64,000 bases of DNA from the human T2T-CHM13v2.0 reference genome, Homo sapiens: assembly GCF_009914755.1 (NCBI RefSeq), contig NC_060929.1. One strand, 5' to 3'. The translations under genes and the position numbers were made by a program. Below the pieces are notes generated by a model. It had not been told where the DNA came from. It saw only the letters and a list, made by a program, of their open reading frames with translations, and did no database searches. Position 1 is the stretch's first letter. The number at the start of each line of letters is the position of its first letter. This document shows, one piece after another, positions 14,601-26,750 of the stretch.

Positions 14601-15694
14601 TTAAGAGACAAAATCTTCATCTATAATTTATTAAAACTCACAGAAATACTGCGGATGGGGCAATTCTTGTTTCTGGTTGACTGTAAAACACTACAATAAC
14701 AGCAAAGGCTAACCTATCCACAAAAACACAAGCTAAATTCCTGACGCAAATAATTTGAGTATTTACATGTGTGTTTGCCTGCTCACATGATAATGCATAT
14801 TTTGCTGGCCTGTTTTCCTCCCATTCTCAACCACCTCACTTCAATCATTGCTTTTATTTCCCCAGTGTGAGGTATGATTATTTCCATTTCAAAGAGGTGA
14901 GCTTAGTTATTTATAATCAATCACTAAGAAAAACAAAATAAGACTAACCCCTAAAATAGCCATAAAAGTATTTTGTAAATACCTATTGTAGAAAAAAAAG
15001 TTACTTTGTTGGAAAATACTCCTTAAGGGCCATGCCATATGCTGATTAGCATATCAAATCACCATTGGGGAAATAATAGAACATTAGAATACATTGAAAC
15101 TGACATATTTTTTCATCAGAGTAAAAGCACTAAAATAACCAAAAATATAATTACTAGGAATCATTTCTAATAAAATAAAACATAAGAGATGAATGAATGA
15201 TAAGCAACTTGATATACATTTAGCCACATAGTTAAATTCAAGTTTGTTTCATGTGTATGATTAAATATAAATAACATTATTAATTTCTAACACATCTGTG
15301 CTAAAAGTGAGGGTATTGCTTTTAAAGACAAGGGCAAAGCCTGTCAACCACCAGCCTGCTTGCAGCAAGCAAAGAAGATAAGAAAACAAGCAACTGAATC
15401 AAACACTGAAAAATGACAAGTTTTCATTTTCAAAACTCCCAACATATCTGCAAGTTTCTTTCCTCCTTTAAAAATTATCATCAGATAAATTGTTACAGTC
15501 CAAGAGGAATTAAAAAAAAAATCAGCACCCATTTGGTTAAAGCACATGAGTTTGGGAACAAAATAAAGAATAAAAGAGCCGCCAATACTGCCTTCTTTCA
15601 CAAAGCCTCGACATCACACAACTTACTAAATACTCAAGGAGTACGTCAATCTTAAAAGAGAAAAGGGGAAAAGCATGAGAGAAAAGAACGTTAC

Positions 15695-15759
15695 CAAACT
15701 GCCTCTGCAGTCCTTAGGGAACTTGTAGATCGGGATCTTGGCTTCATAATAATGCTCAT
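15695..15759 (-). CDS. PDE4D: Isoform-specific first coding exon of cAMP phosphodiesterase 4D (PDE4D9 N-terminus MSIIMKPRSRSTSSLRTAEAV, then phase-2 TG|)
   Basis: The reverse complement reads aaaATG AGC ATT ATT ATG AAG CCA AGA TCC CGA TCT ACA AGT TCC CTA AGG ACT GCA GAG GCA GTT TG|gtaacg: 21 codons plus 2 nt, then a canonical GT donor at 15694-15693. The peptide matches the PDE4D9 N-terminus as I recall it (continuing CFDVDNG in the shared long-form exon). I did not see that next exon in the window. The exon is too short for the ORF track. Confidence 0.93.
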
Positions 15760-16640
15760 TTTGAAAAAAAATAAAAAGGAAAATAAGTCTTCAACTATTC
15801 TGATTAATACATTCTAACTGTCTTTCTGCAAAGAAGATTTTAAAGATATTCCATTTCCAAGGGAGGCTGCTTGAAGAAATCCAATTTTCCTGGAGTCCAT
15901 CTCCTGTCCTCGGTCCAGCTCATGGGCAAGGTTCTAACACGCAGGAGCGCTTTCTTCCTTCATACTGAATTTACTCCAGTACTAGGCTGTTAGGAAGTGA
16001 CAGTTTCTTCTGTGTCTTGCAATGCCAAGGGAGGAACTGAATTCTGAATTGATTCTTCATCTGGGTCACAAGGGAAACCAGCATAGTGAAAGAGTCACTT
16101 GATCTCTTTTTTGCAATTCCATAGTAACAGCTTTAAAGGTTTCTGACGCTCGAAGAGCGCAGGTAGAGAGAGAGAAAAAGAAAATGACCGGGAGGTACTG
16201 TAACACGGGAGAGCTGTCAAGGAAGTTCCATTTCAGGGCAAGCACAGGAAAACACTCCTCTCCGTGGAGCAAAGAAGTCAGCCAAGGAACAAATCTCTCC
16301 ACACTTTGGCTGGGTGGGCTGATTTACCTGCGAAAGTAATTTCTGTGTGTCCCTGCTTAGAATCCAGGGTTTTGTGAATGAGAACTATCATTCAATCTCA
16401 CCAGGCAGAAACTATTCCTCAAGGGCTGTATGACGTCTGTAAGAAGGCAGTTCAAAACACCGCAGGGCAGTGAGAAAGGAAAAAAAAAAAAAAAAAAAGA
16501 AAAGCCCAGCGCCCAGCCTAGCCTCGTCAGTTGCTGAGACTTACAAAGCAAAGGGGCGGATCAGCTCCAGAGACCAGCACTGTAAACCGGCCAAGCAGAC
16601 AAGAGACCTCACAAAACTTATAAAACCATTTCCTTCTCTG
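15760..16640 (-). promoter_or_regulatory. PDE4D: Putative PDE4D9 5'UTR and promoter region
   Basis: Local rise in GC and CpG relative to the flanks. CRE-like TGACGTCT at 16431-16438, half-CRE CGTCA at 16525-16529, TGACG at 16144-16148, GC box GGGGCGGA at 16553-16560, poly(dA:dT) tract at 16481-16503. The TSS cannot be determined from sequence. Confidence 0.7.
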
Positions 16641-19600
16641 GGAAATGAGATGTCTGTGTTATTCTGGGTAACATTCCGTGATCACCTTTACAAGGAACAC
16701 ACCCCTTGCCATTAAGTTGTTTATTTACCATAATAAACAAATGAATTTTATAAAAGTCATTCTTTCAAAAAAGTATTTCACTGAAGCACTAAAACTAAAC
16801 TTTTCTCTTTAGAAGCAAAGTTGAGAGAACTTGATGACTTAGCAGCTGTTCATTTTGAGCGGATGTAATGAAATGTCATGCTTTGGAGTTGGTTGTAGAG
16901 ATGTAAATTACCTCTTAAAAATTCAGCAGAGTGTAACAGGCACCCTTGGATCAGAACATACTGGAATTTTAAACTGAAAAATTGAATGTATTATTCCTGG
17001 ACAAGTGGCTGCACGTATTAAGGCTGTTCCCTTGCACAATGTTTTCTAAACCTTATTTTTTTTTAAAAAAAATGCAAATTTCATTCATCTCTACACACAA
17101 AGACTTGGGTTTGCTAATCCTTAACAGCTCTTCAGTAAGGAATGAAGCTTTATATCTTGTCAATATCTCTTATTATTTCGAAGGCCAAAACCTTTCCCAC
17201 CTCCTAAATATAAAATATTTTCTATTACAGTAGATATAATCTAAGCTGATTCCAACTGCTCCCAACAGAAGGAACAGTTGACCAGCCTGCCTATCTCTCT
17301 GAACATCTACACAGAGGATATATACTCCTCTGGGTGTGCCAACTTCAATTATTTTGGATGTGAATTACCAAGTGAAAATAATGTAAGCATTCTGATTGCT
17401 TAAATGGCATTAGCTAGTACGTTGGTTCTCTAGTCTGACGTGAACTTGGTGTTTATTTAGCATTTGCAGACAGGATGTTGGAGTGCAGTTGTGACCCACC
17501 CAAACAACTTGGAAAATGTAGTACGGCATCCGCCAGAGGCTCTGGCTGCTTCTTACAACAAACCCTTCATCTGCTCCCCTGGTCACACTTCAAGGTGCAT
17601 TTGTGACTTAGTCTTCTTTCAATGACTCTCAGGCCTCTTACGGTAAATGCCAATAAATTGCTTTCCACATAGTTATCCCCTTAAGCTTTTCAGTTTCCTT
17701 ATGACTGCCAGGGGACATTCACACTTTCTTAGCACTGTCCCATGTCTAGTATATTGCTGGCATTTTAAAGCAGGTTAATTAATCATGTATTTTTTTGGAA
17801 ACTTAAAAGTTTTGTGAGACTAATTATTTTTAGGGGAGAGGGGATTTAGAGGAAGAGGTTTAATTTTTTTCTTATTGGAATTTAAATGTGGGAAAAGAAA
17901 GAACAAAAGCAAACCAAGTAAAATTAGGCAACTACTATTTATTTGAAACACTGTTCCCTCCATGTAAGGTCTACCAAATAGCTTCCAGTTGCCATTTCAG
18001 AAAGCAAATGACAATGATCAGAGAATGTAATGTCTGACTGTTGAGTTTTCAACTCTCCAGAAATAATTAGCCTGTGTTCTACCGTCCCCCAGATCCATGT
18101 TACAATGAGCTTATTTAGCCTGATGCTACTCCCTTCTCTGTCACACACACACAAGTTTAGTGCAGCCCCATGTGCTGTTCCTTGCTTACTTGCCCAACAT
18201 TCTACATCTTCCAAGAATCTTTCTCTGAAAACCTAACACACTTATTGGGCATCTACTAAAGACTGTATAATAGTACCATAATGACTAAGAAATCGTCCCT
18301 CTCCCCTGGCAAAAACAAACTTAAGTGGGGAATCTGACAATGTATGGAACTAACCAGAATACTCAAAGTTTTTGGATTGGTACATCAAGGTTGCCATTAC
18401 AGAGAAAGAAAGATGCGCTATGTTGTAAGACCATTGAGATTTAAATTTAAGTTTTGCTTCTACTTCTAATATTTAAGGTAGTGACAGAATAAAAAAAAAG
18501 TATGTATTTGATGTTACAGAGTTTTATCCACTTGTAAGACCATTTCTCACATGAACATTTCTGAAAGAATGTTTTGTTATCTAAGCATCCTGTAGTTTTC
18601 CCTCTGAAAAGCTTCCCCAAATGGAAAAGATATGGCATTTCCCTCGAAATTCCTGTTAGCATGCAAGCATATGATGGCATGCAGGCTGATGAGGAGGCCT
18701 GAATATGGGGAGACTGGATTTAGGAACCATGTGGCCCATGCTTTTGATCCAGAAGCTGCGATTATTTCTCAGTATTTCCCTGTTGTACTGAATTGTATAA
18801 TGTATGGACCTTTTACTTTCTGGTTGTTACCACATTTCAATAGACTGTACCATAGATGTATACATCCATTGGGTCATCCATCTGTAGATGTTTTGTTGAA
18901 TCAAATGACTATGTCATTTGATGTTTCTGAAACTTCAGTCATAACACCACCTTCATAATTCTTTCCATATTAGCATTCCATCTATACCATGATTTGATAT
19001 TTTTCTTAATTGACTCACTTTTTTAAAAAACTTAAACTGAATATAAAAGGTAACTTTATATTTATTCTGTAAATAGATTTAATATACTGGTATAATTTGC
19101 CCCCAAAATATAAGATATATTAATAGAAAAAAAGGAGTCCAAAATAACTCCTAAAGTCTGTCTCATACCACTAATGGTGCCCCGATACAACTTGGCAACA
19201 CTTACATGGAAAGCGTCAATTGCATACAGGTAGATTGTGCGCACCTAAAATGTGATCTCCCTTTCTCTTATCATCCAATGGTGAGCGTGACTTGTGAGAC
19301 TTATGACATTTATCCATGGATTAAACATTAAACATTAAATGAAGCCAACTGAATGAGGTGTTACGGAGTAATTTTACTATACAACTCAGGTTTTCTCAAG
19401 TATTACTATTTTCAAATACTCTGCCTACTATCAAATCTTCTGTTCTCTAAATTCCTATTTTCAGATTACAATAGATATTCTATACTTTCCAACCTATCAT
19501 GAGCATATTTCTTAGAGCCATATTATATATCAACTAAATATTCAGGCCTCTCAAATATGCTGAAATTCAGTACTCCAGATATGTCAAACTAACTTTTTAG

Positions 19601-20129
19601 AAAAAAAGACCAGGGGACTGCAGTTTTTACAGTTTCCTGCTATTCTCTATTGTACTCTAACGTTAATGAGAATAAGACACTGAACTCCTGTAGCAGTTCC
19701 TCATTATTGAGAAATATTGTGTTATTTTCCTTATCTGGAGGGGAATTTTGAGGCAATTTCTAGAGGTTTCTTTTATTTTATTACACTTACTAGGAATACA
19801 GTTGGATTCAAGGACTTTCCTACTGGCATGAACCTTGCTTGGAGCTACATTCCTTAATTCCCAAAGGAGAAGTCCGGAGTATTATATTTTGAAGGCTTTC
19901 CTATCTTCAGATTTCCTACCTCTTTCATAAACTGTCAGGTTAGGATAATAATAATAACTACTAATTATTAATTACCTACATGCTAAGTAGACTATACTTT
20001 CTTAATTATACATCACAACATCCCTCCAAAGTAGATGTGATAATAATAATTTCATACATAAAGAAAGTCAACAATTTGTTCAAAATTTTTGGACCCAGGT
20101 ATATTTCATTCCAAAGCTTGCTCTTCATG

Positions 20130-20188
20130 ATGTGTATGTGTGCATGTATGTATGTGTATGTGTGTGTTTGTGTGTGTGTGTGTGTGTG
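20130..20188. repeat. (TG)n/(TATG)n microsatellite
   Basis: Directly visible in the sequence. Confidence 0.9.
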
Positions 20189-21894
20189 GAAGACAGAAAG
20201 AAAAGAGGAAGAGAAAGAGATTAAAAAATGCTACCAAGTTTTTGGAAGTTTTTAAAATTCATCCATCCTCTTTAGTTGTACAGTGGCAATGAATTAATAT
20301 AATAAAAATGGTGCACGTACATTACTAGTATAATGATAAACATATTTAACAGCTAGAAAATGTTAGATCTTTAAGATATGCAGGATTAAACAATCTAACT
20401 TCACTGTCCTTGTTTCTAATTTTTAGGCACTAACTTTTAGGTATCATAAACACTGTGATGAGGGCATATATGACAACATCATGAGTTTGTTAGCCATAAA
20501 ATATGATAAGGTCTTTGACCATCTCACAACATGAGTAATGGTAGTTTCCTGTTACCTATGCAACAGATGACATTTTGATTGCCTCATTAGGCAATACTGG
20601 TTAATAAATGATCATTTTAAAAGGTAACAATACGTGAGACCTCTGGTAACGTATAAATTTCAATATTTGTCAACAAATTACATTGGCTATTAAAAGGTAC
20701 AGAATACTAGTTTTTAAAACTAGAATAAACATTTGTGCATGGAGTCAGTAATGTTGACATAAAATGAATTTTGTAATTGACTTTCAGAATTTTGCACTAA
20801 TTCAATACTGGATTTCAGAAGAAAAACTATCTAATTTAAAATTTTCTAAGTGCTGCTGTATTTCCTTTGCATTCTGCCTCTCCTCTTGTCCCTCTTTCAC
20901 ATTTCTTGTTCTTCTTTATTCTAAACTTAAATGAATCTCTGCAAATTTAACATTATTTTGAATTAAATATTTAAATTTTATTAAAGAAATACATGTAAAT
21001 AATGTAAACAAAGAGCAATGAGTGTAATATCCTCAAACTCCAGCATTGATTCCTGATCCCAATTCATACACAAGAATGAGACCCTAGAAAGGTGACAGTA
21101 AGTTCTAAGTGCATGGGTGAGGCTTGTGTACTGGGAGTTTTACTGCAGTATCATCAAGTGCCCAGTGGGGATTTTTTTTGCCTCTTCCAAATGTTACTAT
21201 TTGTAAGAGATTTTTTCCTCTGGGGTATCTCTATTTTTCTAGAGAGATATAAATATGCTTCCTAGCATTCTGGTGTGGGTAGGAGAAGGACGCTGAAGGT
21301 CTTACTGACACATTGCAGACATTCATTTAATTGTCCTAAATAAAGTTAAACATACAGCCATCCTTCTCCTACTCTTTGCTTAGTATCCCAAAGTCTCTGT
21401 CTTCCATGGAGAGGGATGCAAAATATGTTGACTACACTGAAAAAGAGTGAGGGCTTATGGAGAAGTGTATATAATATACATGTTCATACACCTGCTATAT
21501 TTAGAACTCTTCCATCTTCCAAAGTATGTTTTGGGCGACTGGGGCAGCTCAGTTTGCTTCACTTTAGTATTGTTCTCTGATTTGGTTAAGTCATTGACCT
21601 TTTCTCTTCCTACTTCTATCTTTATGTATTGTGGCTTAGAGTCACAGACATCTCCCAGTTTCCTCAAAGATGAAATGTACCTTTCTGTTTTTTGTACTAA
21701 TTATTGGTTTGAGTGACTTTTTAAAGAAAAAAATGGCATAGGAAGATTGTTTCTCCACAGTTTTAAAGCTAGAAATCTATAAGTTCTACTTTAAAACAAT
21801 TTTCTATGTTTATCTAAGCATACGCATTTACAAATTTTATTTATCAAATGACTATATGTCAACTCTCTCTAAGCATAGGTAAATATTAAGTATT

Positions 21895-22160
21895 TTTTAT
21901 TATGGTAAAATACACATCACGTAAAATTGACATTTTAACCCTTTCTAAGTATACTGATCAGTGGTGTAATGTACATTCCCCCTGTTGCACAACGATTATC
22001 TCCATCCATCTCCAGAACTTTTTCATCCTTCCAAATCGACAACCCTGTACTCATTAATAGTAACTTCCTATTCTCCTCTTCTCCCAGCCCCTGACAAGCA
22101 CCATTTGGCTTTCTGTCCGTATGAATTTGACTACTCTAGATATCTTATATAGTGGAATCA
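21895..22160 (-). mobile_element. Old L1 (L1MB-like) 3' end fragment
   Basis: Contains 'ttatggtaaaatacacat...ccatccatctccagaactttttcatc...tatgaatttgactactctagatatc'. Confidence 0.75.
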
Positions 22161-22698
22161 CAAAGATTAAGTTGTAAAGGTAGATTCAGAATCACATAGC
22201 CAGTTATGGTCTAGATGTCTCATTATTAAAGAAAAAACAATTATGGAAGCACAAGGTTTGAAGATAACAATTCACACCTTGAGAAATCAATGTACTTGCC
22301 TTATCCATCATCAATTCTTTCAAAGTATTCACTTGACTTTCATAGACAAAGTCAAGAGCAAAAATATCTTTGCCTTTACCAACATCTGGTGTGTGTTTTT
22401 AAAAATTATTCTTCTAACTATTTTTTTTCTGTTTAAATATATACAAATGTTATCAGTGCTTACCCAGTCTGGTCACATTATAACTTTAGTTCTTATTTCA
22501 AATTTATAGTAGCTTCCTGTATTTAATCAAGTAGTTCCTAACTCTATATACCAATCTCAAGGGATAAAGCAAAAATTTAAAATTAACTTACTTCAATAAT
22601 TCTTAAAAGACTTTTGAAAGAGATGAAACAACTGGAAAGACCACATTGCCAAATGAAGCCCTAGTTTCTAACACTGAGATAAATTGAGATTTTCATTA

Positions 22699-23020
<322 letters not shown>

Positions 23021-23309
23021 GATGTGAAAAGCAGCCTGTCAAAAATAAATGAACACAAGATGTGTTTTAATAATAATTTAGTTTCTGATGTAATGGGAAA
23101 TGTTGAAAATTGTTTTATTAGAAAGTAAACTCTCATCAGGACCTTTAAATTTACATTTATTTGATAACATTTTTCTTGTACATATTAAAAATGCCAAAAT
23201 AATCCAGGCAACTCAGGCAGTTTCTCCTTGATCACAGATTACAAATAAGTTTTCTCTAATGTAAAACAGCTGCTCTGAGAAAAACGCCTACTATTTAGGA
23301 AGGGTATGT

Positions 23310-23540
23310 AGGATCAAGTTAAGAAGAGGCCTTTGGAGTCAGACTGCCTGGTTGCAAATCCAAATTCCACCAATCACTAGTTGTTTGATTGCAAACAAAT
23401 TATTTAACCTTCCCTGGCTTCAGTTTCCTCAGCTATAAAATGGAGATAGAAGAGAATTTTCTGAGGACTAAAAAAGACATGTAAAACCTTAGCAAAGTAT
23501 CTAGAAAATGGTAAGGAATCAATAAATAATATCTGCTATT
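23310..23540 (+). mobile_element. MIR
   Basis: Contains 'ctttggagtcagactgcctgg...cttcagtttcctcagctataaaatgg'. Confidence 0.75.
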
Positions 23541-24390
23541 AAAAATAAGTTTTAAAAGAGTAATCAATAAGCTATGGAGAAAAGCAGCTTTAAAACTTAA
23601 AAATATATGTTACTGCACTAGTATTTGATTTAAAATAATTGGTTTGTGCTTTTGTCTTCCTTTGGATCCTGTCCCCTTGACTCCCTTTACACATAGCTTG
23701 TGTAGTTTTCCTGACTTCTATTTTACACATCTAAGGTTTTTTTCTCTTATCTTTGGATTATCTTTCAAAGATACAAACCTTAAAATGTCAAAGCCTGTGA
23801 TGAAAAACCTTCTATAGCTTCATATTCCTTACAGGATCAATTTCAGCCTTTTTTGTGTGTTAAATAAAAACTTCTACCATTTGGGTTCAATCTGCTATTC
23901 AGCTTTGCCCTTGATAACTAATTTTTCCCACCCTATATTGCCAACCACACAATCTCACACACCTTGCCCCAAATCTGCTCACTTTGTTTCCCCTGCCTGG
24001 GGAACCTCTCACCTTTCTCCCACTTCCCTGCTAAGTATATTTCCTACTCTGCCTTCAAGATCTAGCATAAGTAGCAGTAAAGCCCAACTAACTCCAAGAC
24101 AAACTCAGAAGTTCAGTCTCCTTGGATTGATTCAATCTGGGAATATCTCAGGTTAATTTTGTTTATTATAATTATTATTTTATAACACATTTGCAGTATA
24201 TGGCAACACACAGTGAACATCACAGGGGGATTCAAATCCCACAGACACTGTTTAGCTATCGATTTGGACTCTGTAAGCTTTGAAAACACATTATCTCTTT
24301 AAGATTCAGTACCTTCTTCTACAAAATAAGGACAATATGCACACCTAGAATCCTCCCAGGGTTCCTCTGGGATTAAATGAGAAAACATGC

Positions 24391-24486
24391 TGTCCAATCT
24401 GCAATCCCTTGCTCTTGATCACTTTCAGATCTTTGCACACGCATTTCTGGCAGGATTATCTTTCTTTTCTTTTACCCCTCTTTTTG
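24391..24486 (+). repeat. Copy 1 of a 96-bp dispersed direct duplication (copy 2 at 26289-26384)
   Basis: Ungapped manual alignment gives 84/96 identical positions. Confidence 0.9.
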
Positions 24487-24767
24487 ATCAAGAGTTAAAT
24501 CAGGACTACGCCTCCCATCCTGCTGCTCTGCAATCTGAATTAGGTGTCTGGCCATGCAAATCTCTAGATGTTCATCCTAATTTCTTTCAATTTATCAGCA
24601 CCATATGGTCATCCTCTCTTCATTTGGTTAACTATAAGCCACTAACTAGGAACTCCTACTGGAAAGGATTGTTTTACCATTCTTGGTAGAGCACAAGGCA
24701 TTATGGAGGCCCAAATAGAAACCTGGGCCTCCATAATGCTGTGAGTTTCTTTGAAAACAGGGAATGA

Positions 24768-25580
24768 TGATGAGCATTTTTTCATGTGTTTTTTGGCTGC
24801 ATAAATGTCTTCTTTTGAGAAGTGTCTGTTCATCAGAGAAATGCAAATCAAAACCACTATGAGATATCATCTCACACCAGTTAGAATGGCAATCATTAAA
24901 AAGTCAGGAAACAACAGGTGCTGGAGAGGATGTGGAGAAATAGGAACACTTTTACACTGTTGGTGGGACTGTAAACTAGTTCAACCATTGTGGAAGTCAG
25001 TGTGGCGATTCCTCAGGGATCTAGAACTAGAAATACCATTTGACCCAGCCATCCCATTACTGGGTATATACCCAAATGACTATAAATCATGCTGCTATAA
25101 AGACACATGCACATGTATGTTTATTGCGGCATTATTCACAATAGCAAAGACTTGGAACCAACCCAAATGTCCAACAATGATAGACTGGATTAAGAAAATG
25201 TGGCACATATACACCATGGAATACTATGCAGCCATAAAAAATGATGAGTTCATGTCCTTTGTAGGGACATGGATGAAATTGGAAACCATCATTCTCAGTA
25301 AACTATCGCAAGAACAAAAAACCAAACACCGCATATTCTCACTCATGGGTGGGAACTGAACAATGAGATCACATGGACACAGGAAGGGGAATATCACACT
25401 CTGGGGACTGTTGTGGGGTGGGGGGAGGGGGGAGGGATAGCATTGGGAGATATACCTAATGCTAGATGACGCGTTAGTGGGTGCAGTGCACCAGCATGGC
25501 ACATGTATACATATGTAACTAACCTGCACAATGTGCACATGTACCCTAAAACTTAAAAGTATAATAAAAAAAAAAAAAAA
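24768..25580 (+). mobile_element. Young 5'-truncated, 5'-inverted L1 (L1PA2/L1HS boundary, GCG/A type)
   Basis: Perfect 15-bp TSD gaaaacagggaatga (24753-24767 and 25581-25595). Inverted segment at 24768-24833, sense segment at 24831-25580 carrying the ORF2 C-terminus and poly-A. The 3'UTR diagnostic triplet reads GCG at 25471-25473. Confidence 0.96.
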
Positions 25581-26288
25581 GAAAACAGGGAATGAGGCTT
25601 CTGCATCTTTGTATTCAGAATACCTAGCACAATATCTGGCTTACAAGGTATTTGCTTAACAGCAGAATAAATCTTTGGTCAACGGTGGTAGATAAGCCCT
25701 TTACAGATTTTCTTCCTGTGCCCTTTTGTGGCATTTGCTTCATGGCTGGAATTAGATTTCAAAAACTGAGTCTTGCCTCTTTCTTGTTTTTCATAAGCCT
25801 CTATCTCTAAAAGTTACTTTAGATGCCTTCTGTGCCAAAAAGGAGTTCCTACAATAGTGTTATAATTAAAAAAAAAATTCTCCCAAAGAAAAAGGAACTG
25901 GTTGCCAGGGTAAAGAAATACACTGGAAGAAGTCTTATGCAGGCACTGAACCAACGCCAGCATCATTGATAAGAAGCGAAAAATTTTTTGTTAAATATTT
26001 AGGAAAAATGGCCTTAATCTGGAGAAACTATTATGCAATGTGATATTCAACCCAGACAGAGTATTTGAATTCTAATAGGAACCTTTTGGAAGCTCAATTC
26101 AAAGAAATAACTTTTCCAGGAAGAGTTTCCCCACATTTTGGCAGGACAATGGGGAGGGTGTTTGTGTCATCTTATAAAATCTGCCAATCAGTCACCACTG
26201 TCTATGAATGAGATGGCTGTTTCTCTGGATGAAAAGGCTGCATCCTGGCCAGTCTTTAAGAACCTTATCTGGAGCCACTACTAAGTGT

Positions 26289-26384
26289 TGTCCAATCTGC
26301 AACCCCTCACTCTCGATTACTTTCAGATCTTTGCATATGTATCTCTGGCAGGATTATCCTTCCTTTCTTTTACCTCTCTTTTTG
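26289..26384 (+). repeat. Copy 2 of the 96-bp dispersed direct duplication
   Basis: Matches 24391-24486. Confidence 0.9.
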
Positions 26385-26559
26385 GTAAAGATGCATTAGC
26401 ACATTCGTATTTGTATCAACCACATGAAGACTGTATATCCATGTACTGGATGAGAGGACCGAAGGGCACTAAGTGCTTCCCCTACAAGTTCAGTGGATGA
26501 ACCAGGTCAGAACTCAAGCCTGGCTGGCTCCAGAAGAGAAATCTGAAGATGACAGGATG

Positions 26560-26750
26560 AACTCCCATTTATTGATTGCTCACCATGTGCCAGGCACTGG
26601 GTAAGATGTTCCACATGTTCTCTCATTTAACATTTAAAACAAACTCACAAGCTAGGTACTATTATTTCTTCCACCACACAGTCAAGAAAACTGAGGTCTA
26701 CAGGAAGTTAAGTACCATGCCCTAGGTCTTACATTAGGACTTAAACTTAG
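26560..26750 (-). mobile_element. MIR
   Basis: Contains 'catttattgattgctcaccatgtgccaggcactg...gaaaactgagg'. Confidence 0.75.

Noticed and set aside
16066-16302. 78-aa minus-strand ORF as an N-terminal extension of PDE4D9
   Set aside because: It has a GTG start and terminates about 300 nt before the PDE4D9 ATG, so it is not continuous with the CDS.
17945-19205. Possible ancient hAT/Charlie transposon relic
   Set aside because: The TIR-like ends and transposase-like peptide hints are too degenerate to call by eye; a Dfam HMM search is needed.
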